Shown here: in pieces, positions 57,898 through 64,000 of the stretch
Position numbering within the stretch: position 1 is the first letter of the stretch
Layout of the letters: each line of letters begins with the position of its first letter
Assembly: GCA_041495285.1 (NCBI GenBank)
Contig: JBGQCJ010000005.1
Span: forward strand, 15,374-79,373
Reading direction: 5' to 3'
Source: Verrucomicrobiia bacterium
GTDB lineage: Bacteria > Verrucomicrobiota > Verrucomicrobiia > Palsa-1439
Length of the DNA: 64,000 nt
Notes under the pieces: model-generated
Told to the model about the DNA's origin: nothing
Seen by the model: only the letters and a program-made list of their open reading frames with translations
Databases searched by the model: none
Made by a program: the position numbers and the translations under genes

Positions 57898-58509
57898 TCA
57901 GTTCAGTTGATTCGGCCACTCGGGACAGAAGAAAGGCGTCAGAAACCTTGCTTTGTCAAACGGAACCCGAAACGGCAAGTTCGCCCCAGCGAATGGGACG
58001 TTGAACACTCGTCGTTCGGACTGCATGGTTTCAACCCAAAACTGTCCGTCCTCTATGTGCATGATACAGACGCACTCGCTGAGGAACTCCTGACAAAAGC
58101 GTTCCGGTGAGGCGAACTTCGTCTCGACTTCGAGCAAATCGGGAGCACCATCAGCCCTTAAGAGTCCTTCCACTTTTTTCAGCCCTCCCGCCTCCTGTAG
58201 ATCCCACAGCCTCTCCAAGAGCTCGTCACTTGCGGCAAAAAAACTTGTCGCGTCGGGAACCAGATGAGCGATCGTGTCGGGCTGACAGAACCGCAAGAAC
58301 TCCACGGCTCTCCGTCTTCTTGGTTCTTCATGGTTGTAGACGGCGGATACGATCCAGATTTGACCACGGTGTGGGGCTGTCCGTGCGGTCTTTCTGTATG
58401 GTCTTGGCGCGAGATTTTGCAGCACCAGCCGAAACTCCTCGGCTAATCGCATGTGAACTGTTCCGAGCTTGATCACTTTATCACTGTTATGGCGTGTGCT
58501 TCTTAACAT
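57898..58509 (-). CDS. Hypothetical protein (element cargo)
   Basis: 203-aa ORF with slightly lower GC. No recognisable motif; the start could be at internal Met-20. Confidence 0.4.
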   Translation of the reverse strand: MLRSTRHNSDKVIKLGTVHMRLAEEFRLVLQNLAPRPYRKTARTAPHRGQIWIVSAVYNHEEPRRRRAVEFLRFCQPDTIAHLVPDATSFFAASDELLERLWDLQEAGGLKKVEGLLRADGAPDLLEVETKFASPERFCQEFLSECVCIMHIEDGQFWVETMQSERRVFNVPFAGANLPFRVPFDKARFLTPFFCPEWPNQLN

Positions 58510-58530
58510 TGGTTACTCTCCTATATGGAT

Positions 58531-59472
58531 CTAGTTGTTCTTTCTAATGGACTCCACTCCCTGCTTCTCATCGAGTAGGTGACGGCTGATGAAGTCAACG
58601 AGGCTGTTGAGCGTCCTCCGAACCTTCTTGGACAGTGGCGCGCCCTTGGCGACGAGATCGGCAATGCGCTTGACGGTGGTCTCGATCATGTTCACCTCTG
58701 TCTCCAGCGTAGACAACGGCGTGGCGTCCCGTACATCCGCCTCCGTGGGCGTAGCCGCGCTCAACTCGCGGCGCTCGCACTCGCCCGCCTTGCGATGCAG
58801 CTCCACCAGAGGACGCAGTGCCTCCGCCCACCCGTGTAGCAACACGGTGTCCTTGCAGCCCTCAAGGTCCCAGTAGGTCGGGAGTTTGTCAGTGAACCGC
58901 CGGATGACTACCGCCCCTGAGACCTTGTCCACGCCTCCGTCGATGTCTTCGACCTTCAGGCGGGTCGGCGTCCCGTAATCCTTGAGTTCCCAGTTGTAGA
59001 TCACCTTGCCCCGCTTGATGGACCGGCGCAACGCAGCGCGCGTCAACTTGTGCTTCTCCGCCTCGTTGAGCCAACGATCTTGCTCCTCGGGCTCAAGGTG
59101 CGCGACCTCGCGGTGATGCTCCCACGACAGTTTGTCGCGCCGGCGCGACGGATCCACGCTCCCCGCTACCCAGTTTAAGTCGCGCAAAGTGGCCTGCCGA
59201 TATTCCATCGCCGCTGGAAGTTTTGAGTACTCCTCGCCCCATTCATGCTCGCCGTACCGTAACCAATCGCCGATCCACCACCTCAACGCGCCGCCGGCAC
59301 GGCAGAGCTTCGCACCAATGTCCTGCCACTCCTTTTCGGTGATCTTTCTGGTGACGAGCAACGAGGTCTTGGTGAACTCGATCCCAGGCAGGATCAAACC
59401 ACTCTCGAGTTTCATCGGCTCATTCCCGCAGTTTACCGCGGTGGTTTCCGCATTCTGTAACTTGTTCTTCAT
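58531..59472 (-). CDS. Hypothetical protein with W-W-I-G-D-W-L / L-S-W-E-H-H motif (DUF3102-like, phage/plasmid-associated)
   Basis: 313 aa. ALRWWIGDWLRYGEHEWGEEY ... LSWEHHREVAHL resembles DUF3102-type proteins; this is recalled pattern only. Confidence 0.4.
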   Translation of the reverse strand: MKNKLQNAETTAVNCGNEPMKLESGLILPGIEFTKTSLLVTRKITEKEWQDIGAKLCRAGGALRWWIGDWLRYGEHEWGEEYSKLPAAMEYRQATLRDLNWVAGSVDPSRRRDKLSWEHHREVAHLEPEEQDRWLNEAEKHKLTRAALRRSIKRGKVIYNWELKDYGTPTRLKVEDIDGGVDKVSGAVVIRRFTDKLPTYWDLEGCKDTVLLHGWAEALRPLVELHRKAGECERRELSAATPTEADVRDATPLSTLETEVNMIETTVKRIADLVAKGAPLSKKVRRTLNSLVDFISRHLLDEKQGVESIRKNN

Positions 59473-59906
59473 ATTCGTTCCTCCTTTTCACCCTGTAAAG
59501 ACGCCGCGCGGGGGGTCTGTTGCAGAGGGGTGCGGCGGTTTTCTTTGATAGCCCGATCCCGTGCGGCTCCCGTTTCGCCTCGGTCGGAGACACCTCGTCG
59601 CTCTTGACCTGCTCGAACAGCTCCGGCTTCTCCGCCGCCCACCCCGCCAGGAACTTGGCCTGGCCACTATCCTTCTTGCTGATGTCGAGTTTGTCGAGCG
59701 TGGGCGGCGCGTCTGGTTGGGGTTCCTTCCGGGAACTCCGAGTGCCTCCGCCCTTGCGTCCCCGCGCTCCAGCTTGCTTCGGCTTCTTCCTCAGGAACTC
59801 GCCTATGACCCGCACGCCTCGATCTCGATGGCGTGGGCCTACCTTGGACTTCTTAGCCGCCTTACTGCCGAGGACATCGGGATGATTTGACAAAAGCATC
59901 GGTAAA

Positions 59907-61172
59907 TTGATAGCTCTCGACCTGCTGGAAACAGCGGGCATGGCACGGAAGCGATCCAAACTGACGATGAGCAGGACGCAACTGACTGAAGTGCGGCAAC
60001 GGCTGCGTCAGGCGGAGCAACAAGAGCGTGAGGCGCGTAAGCGGGGTGAAACGAGTGTGGCGAACGTCGCATGGGAACATGTGCAACGTCTGAAGGCTGT
60101 GCTAATGGCCACGAGCGGTAAACACACTTTGGACGAGATCGCCTTAGAGTGTGGGTGTGCGCGCTCGACGGCGCACATCTGGCTGGAAAAGTTCACTCGC
60201 GTAGGGCTGCCCGCCCTTTTGCTCAGCAGCGCGACGGGCAGACCGAGCCGCATCGCCGATCCGACCGTGCAGGCGGAACTGCGGGCGGGCTTGCGGGAAG
60301 GCGAGTTGTACACGGCCGACGAAGTGGTAGCGTGGTTGCGCTTGACTTACGGCATCGAGTGCCCGGCTCAATCTTTGTACTACTGGATGAGAAAACTCGA
60401 CCCAGCGAGTCTGCCGGTTGACCAGACCATACTCGGTGACGCGATAGAGGTCATGGCTCCGTGGCTCGACCAGTGTGTGGATGCGGTCATCTCAGACTTT
60501 CCCGCCGGGTTGACGAACGCCCCGCACGACAAGTCGCCGCCCCTCGAGCGCCTCTGGCCGCTGCTTCACCGGCTCAGTCGGGGCGTCGTCATTACGACTG
60601 CGAGCCAACCGTTCGCCTCGCTGTGTGTCGCCAGCAATCTGAAGAATTTCAGGCATGACTGGGTAATGCGGAAGAACCGCGGGTCGAACTTCGCCTGCAC
60701 GGTGCGCCAGCCGATGCGGGACCATGAGCATGTCTTGGTTTTCTGCGCCAAAACCAATTGGACATTTAACCCGCAACGCGAGCAACGCCGAGGCAGTGGC
60801 ATGCACATGGCGGGACGAATGACGACCTGGATGTCGCGGAGCACCAACTACCGAGAGAGCGGCGACGAGTTCAAGCCTCGCACCGGCATCGTCACCGAAG
60901 ATCGCGTGCCTTCATCCGTGCAGGACATCCAGGTCGAGACCGGTCTTCACCCCCAGCAGAAGAGTTTGAATTTTTTTCGCTATTTGGTGCGGACGTACAG
61001 TAATCCGGGAGACATTATTCTCGACCCATACTGCGGTTCAGCTACGACCTGCCGCGCCGCGCAACTTGAAGGCCGACACTTCGTAGGAATAGAGATTGAC
61101 CCCGAGCGTTTCCGTGTTGCCCAGAAACGTGTGGCTGAACCATTCCTGCCTGACTATTCCGGACGCAGATAA
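59907..61172 (+). CDS. DNA methyltransferase (N6-adenine / N4-cytosine, PF01555-like, permuted beta-class) with N-terminal HTH
   Basis: C-terminal motif I IILDPYCGSATTCRAAQLEGRHFVGIEID. Upstream candidate motif IV region DAVISDFPAG (degenerate DPPY). N-terminal ALECGCARSTAHIWLEKF is HTH-like. No adjacent restriction endonuclease gene. Confidence 0.65.
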   Translation: MIALDLLETAGMARKRSKLTMSRTQLTEVRQRLRQAEQQEREARKRGETSVANVAWEHVQRLKAVLMATSGKHTLDEIALECGCARSTAHIWLEKFTRVGLPALLLSSATGRPSRIADPTVQAELRAGLREGELYTADEVVAWLRLTYGIECPAQSLYYWMRKLDPASLPVDQTILGDAIEVMAPWLDQCVDAVISDFPAGLTNAPHDKSPPLERLWPLLHRLSRGVVITTASQPFASLCVASNLKNFRHDWVMRKNRGSNFACTVRQPMRDHEHVLVFCAKTNWTFNPQREQRRGSGMHMAGRMTTWMSRSTNYRESGDEFKPRTGIVTEDRVPSSVQDIQVETGLHPQQKSLNFFRYLVRTYSNPGDIILDPYCGSATTCRAAQLEGRHFVGIEIDPERFRVAQKRVAEPFLPDYSGRR

Positions 61173-61536
61173 TCGGTCGCGAGGCGCTCTCAGGCCGGGC
61201 TCGACTGTCTCAAAAAAAGCTGCGGTGCCAAGCGAAACCCAACTGTTGACGCGCCGCGGGTGTCCACGGCGGTATTCAGTGGGTCACGCGTCGTGGCGGT
61301 CTCCCGTTGCCGTCGCCGCTCGCCCCTCAGCCTGCCAGCGCGCAGTCGTGCTCTTTTCGGGCAGCCACTCCGAAACAAAACGCAGCAGCCAAGCCTTGAC
61401 CTCTGCCTTGTGCGTAGTCAGGTCGGCGCGTTCCTCGTCAGATACTAGCGCCGGCCAGACGCAGAGCTTGTCCCGATCACGGTCGTACCAGACCGACACG
61501 CCGCGCTCGCGGAGCTTGCCGATCAGAAAGCCAGCG

Positions 61537-63384
61537 TCAAATTTCGAGGGTTTCAGCATAGGCTTTTGCGGTTGGTTGCGGGGTTTGCGGGCTTTCATCC
61601 AAGGATTTGGCAAAAGTCCCTATGTAATCTTCTTGTGAGGATTTTCCTGAAATCGTTGCGGCAAACCCCGCAAACCCCGCAGTAGATCCGCTGCGGATGC
61701 GAAAGTTAGCAATACCGTTCCGATTCTTCTCTCGTGTTGCGTCAAAGAGGCTTTCTATATGAAGCCAGAGCGATGTTAGTCGTTTGCCCAATCGTTTCGA
61801 CGACCAGAGCCGCTTGCCATGATTTCCCTTGGCATCATCTCCGAAGTCGGCGTCGTATTTGGCAAACTTGTCCAACAGTTCCGCCGCCGTCCCGGCAAAG
61901 CCGTCAGGCTCGTTCGTCATCATGTCCAGTAAAGCCTTGCCGACGGGGTCGTTTTCCAAACAGAACCGGGACTTGTCAGCTTCGGCGGCTGACATGGCGG
62001 CGATAGCTTCGACTTCGGCGTTCATTGCCCTGCCAAGTTTGATCGCCAGCGTGCCGAAGTCCGGATGCCGCAAGTTGAGTCCCTTCGGCGTGGGCAGTTC
62101 ATCCGCCAGTGCCGCCGACAACGTCCGGGCAACCCACGATAGCCCGGCGGAGCGAGCCGCCGAAATTTCGGCGAGCAGCGCAGCATCATCTGTTTCGCCC
62201 ATTCGTCTATTCATGCGAACAAGTAAGAGCCTGTCCGCTGTTGCAGAGTCAGAGGCGAACAAGGGGTTAGCCGTGGTGACGGCAAGCCATGCCTTCGGCA
62301 GTAACTTGGTTTGTTGATCGTTGGTGTAGAGCTGCCGCTCTTGTTTCCCGCCGCCCGTTGCCGCCGCAGACAACGCTGACGGCAACCATTTAATCCAATT
62401 ATCTACGTTGTCGGGGATCACCAAGCCGCCGCCATTGATCGCGACCCAAAAGTCGTGTTGGCTCTTGTCCGTTTTGTCCAGTTCGGCCGGTTCGCTGGGC
62501 AGTCCAAACAGTCGGGCAATGCCGATGGCTGTCTTGGTCTTACCGCTGCGTATTTCGCCCGAAAAAATGATCGGCGGTTTACAGTTCGGATTTGTCGGCA
62601 AGCTCGTTACCCATAGCTTCAACAGCAACTTCCCGTGCGGATCGGCATAAGCGGCGTCCCGAAATAACCGGCAGGACTCAAACGGATCTTGCGGCTCGGT
62701 CAATTCCCATGTTGGCAATGTCATGCCTACTGGGAACAAAACACCGTCAGTCCCGTTGTCCACCGCCTCGACGTTGGACGCCGTGATCTTCGCACTCTGC
62801 CCGTCACCGTTGGATAGGTAAATCGCCTTGTCTCGGCTCGCCCAATAGGTTTCTGGGATGATGCCCGTGCCGTGCAACGCCGCAACCTCGACAGCGGCGG
62901 CAATGTACTGGAAAACCGGGTTGCCCATGTTGATCGCCGTAAGTTGAGCAACGTCGGATAGAAACTCGTCTGATTGGACTCGCAGCAACCGCTTGGTTTG
63001 ACTGTCGAAAAACATGGCGGTTGCAAAGTCCCGGTGTTGGGAATGAAAGTAGAACAGCCCCCGCTGGTTCAGAAATTCGACGGCAACATTTGCAACGGCT
63101 TCGTGCTTTTCCGTTGCTGGCAGGCGGGTTGACAGAATGCCGACAATCGCCGCCCGTAGCTCCTCGACGTTGGTAGTCGCCCCGGTGTTGATAGTCAGTC
63201 GAGCTTCACGCTTGCGGCTGTGTGCGTCAGGTTCAAAGTGTTTGCGAAACTCTCGCCAGCGCTTACCGCTGCAACCATCATGGTGACATTTGAAGCCAAG
63301 TCTGCCATCTGCGTTTTCAAAAACTGCAACCTCACCATGAACTCCATGCTCCGGGTTAAACGGGCACGATGCTAATTCGTACAC
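61537..63384 (-). CDS. Phage/plasmid P4-type primase-helicase (zinc-binding N-domain plus SF3-like P-loop)
   Basis: CPFNPEHGVHGEVAVFENADGRLGFKCHHDGC is a zinc-binding motif. Walker A-like FSGEIRSGKTKTAIGIA. Overall about 615 aa. GTG start; upstream frame open without ATG. Confidence 0.7.
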   Translation of the reverse strand: MYELASCPFNPEHGVHGEVAVFENADGRLGFKCHHDGCSGKRWREFRKHFEPDAHSRKREARLTINTGATTNVEELRAAIVGILSTRLPATEKHEAVANVAVEFLNQRGLFYFHSQHRDFATAMFFDSQTKRLLRVQSDEFLSDVAQLTAINMGNPVFQYIAAAVEVAALHGTGIIPETYWASRDKAIYLSNGDGQSAKITASNVEAVDNGTDGVLFPVGMTLPTWELTEPQDPFESCRLFRDAAYADPHGKLLLKLWVTSLPTNPNCKPPIIFSGEIRSGKTKTAIGIARLFGLPSEPAELDKTDKSQHDFWVAINGGGLVIPDNVDNWIKWLPSALSAAATGGGKQERQLYTNDQQTKLLPKAWLAVTTANPLFASDSATADRLLLVRMNRRMGETDDAALLAEISAARSAGLSWVARTLSAALADELPTPKGLNLRHPDFGTLAIKLGRAMNAEVEAIAAMSAAEADKSRFCLENDPVGKALLDMMTNEPDGFAGTAAELLDKFAKYDADFGDDAKGNHGKRLWSSKRLGKRLTSLWLHIESLFDATREKNRNGIANFRIRSGSTAGFAGFAATISGKSSQEDYIGTFAKSLDESPQTPQPTAKAYAETLEI

Positions 63385-63467
63385 GGTCCCGCCGCCCTTA
63401 ACCTTTGTGTTTTTGATCTCGATGTTGTGCCGCCTAAAAAATCCAGAAAGGTCAAAGTTTTCACTGA

Positions 63468-64000
63468 CGGGCCGAATCTATCTGCATTTTTGGCCCTAGC
63501 ACAATTAGCCCGCCGGCGATGGGCTTGTGCTGGGAACACGGCGTCGCCGTCAATTTCCTCTCTGAGAACGGTTACTTCCAAGCGCGCGTGACGGGCGTCG
63601 CCGATACCAGCGTGACATTGCGCCGCACCCAATTCCGCGCCGCTGATGATCCCGTGAAATCCGCCGCCATTGCCCGTCAGATCGTCGCGGGCAAAATCCA
63701 GAACGCGCGCAACAGTCTTTTGCGCGCGGGGCGCGAGACCGGGAACGCCGACGAACAAGCCAGGGTCGCCGCCGCTACCGACGCGCTCGCCCGCAGTCTG
63801 CGCGAGTTGGAGACGATCCGCGACCTCGAAGCTGTGCGCGGCAGCGAAGGCATAGCGGCGCAGATTTACTTTGCCGTGTTCACATTGTTGCTCAAGCAAC
63901 AGCGCGACGAATTTGTGTTTACCACGCGCACCCGTCGTCCGCCGCGCGACCGGATCAATTGCCTGCTCTCCTTTCTCTACGCCTTGGTGCGGCATGATTG
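63468..64000 (+). CDS. cas1: CRISPR-associated Cas1 integrase, 5'-truncated and running off the window
   Basis: Collinear with type I-C Cas1 from about residue 60: ESICIFGPSTISPPAMGLCWEHGVAVNFLSENGYFQARVTG...VTLRRTQF...AVRGSEGIAAQIYFAVFTLLLKQ...FTTRTRRPPRDRINCLLSFLYALV. An in-frame stop at 63465-63467 sits immediately upstream. None of the three upstream frames encodes the N-terminal domain. Confidence 0.85.

Larger units (their letters stand above)
53797..63467. mobile_element. Integrative mobile element (about 9.7 kb) with satellite-phage/PICI-like gene set
   Basis: Contiguous block: Tyr-integrase, small RHH ORF, Ser-recombinase, AlpA/Xis HTH, Topo-mini-A-like, two unknowns, orphan DNA MTase, P4-type primase. 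Bounded on the left by a tRNA-3'-like sequence and on the right by the truncation point of cas1. Boundaries are approximate. Confidence 0.55.

Noticed and set aside
57898-58509. Possible metallophosphoesterase (YNHEEP resembling GNHE)
   Set aside because: Other phosphoesterase motifs (GDxHG, GDxxDRG, GH...GHxH) are absent or out of order. Kept as hypothetical.
59420-59959. 179-aa basic (K/R-rich) ORF in the divergent region between the DUF3102-like gene and the MTase
   Set aside because: Overlaps both neighbouring gene starts, and the translation is low-complexity. A real small histone-like gene cannot be excluded, but there is no SD or motif support.
63372-63995. 207-aa minus-strand ORF at the window end
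   Set aside because: Antisense to the cas1 frame, which has unambiguous Cas1 homology. Shadow ORF.
1-64000. Looked for a CRISPR array, rRNA genes and IS/transposase genes
   Set aside because: No regularly spaced direct repeats, no rRNA-like conserved stretches and no transposase-like ORFs were seen. The only repeat structures are the aquaporin 3' duplication and the short heptamer tract.

Overview
The window is a high-GC (about 60-65%) Gram-negative chromosomal segment with strong AAGGAG-type ribosome-binding sites. Its gene content — prepilin-type N-terminal-domain protein, exosortase, FHA/Ser-Thr-kinase signalling modules, GH57 plus DUF4912, Kdo transferase, LexA — fits a Verrucomicrobiota- or Planctomycetota-like bacterium. 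That assignment is inference from content only. No rRNA, CRISPR array or transposase was seen.

Most of the window is core housekeeping: hemB, lexA, a tRNA-Glu(CUC), mpl, an OGG-type glycosylase, an HtrA protease, waaA, a large multi-PAS hybrid histidine kinase, an aceE-aceF-lpdA pyruvate dehydrogenase operon with a lipoate ligase gene, aqpZ and mutS.

The most notable region is the last ~10 kb (about 53.8-63.5 kb). It is an integrative mobile element with a phage-satellite-like gene set: tyrosine integrase, small ribbon-helix-helix ORF, serine recombinase, AlpA/Xis-like HTH protein, a frameshifted Topo VI-A/Spo11-like 'mini-A' protein, two unknown cargo proteins, an orphan N6/N4 DNA methyltransferase and a P4-type primase. 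A tRNA 3'-end-like sequence ending in CCA (53797-53840) marks one end. At the other end the element directly abuts a 5'-truncated cas1 (type I-C-like) that runs off the window.

Other accessory-looking spots:
- A low-GC ORF (39987-40508) sits inside the pyruvate dehydrogenase operon on the opposite strand.
- A low-GC HEPN-like gene (8318-8878) lies next to what looks like a truncated VOC-family gene.
- A cNMP-binding Ser/Thr kinase plus FHA cassette is bracketed by two diverged copies of the aquaporin 3' end.
- A six-gene co-directional operon at the start encodes secreted PD40 beta-propeller paralogues and a thioredoxin-like protein.
- A stand-alone eRF1/Pelota-like (baeRF1-type) protein.

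All calls rest on reading the translated ORFs and the DNA; no database searches were run.
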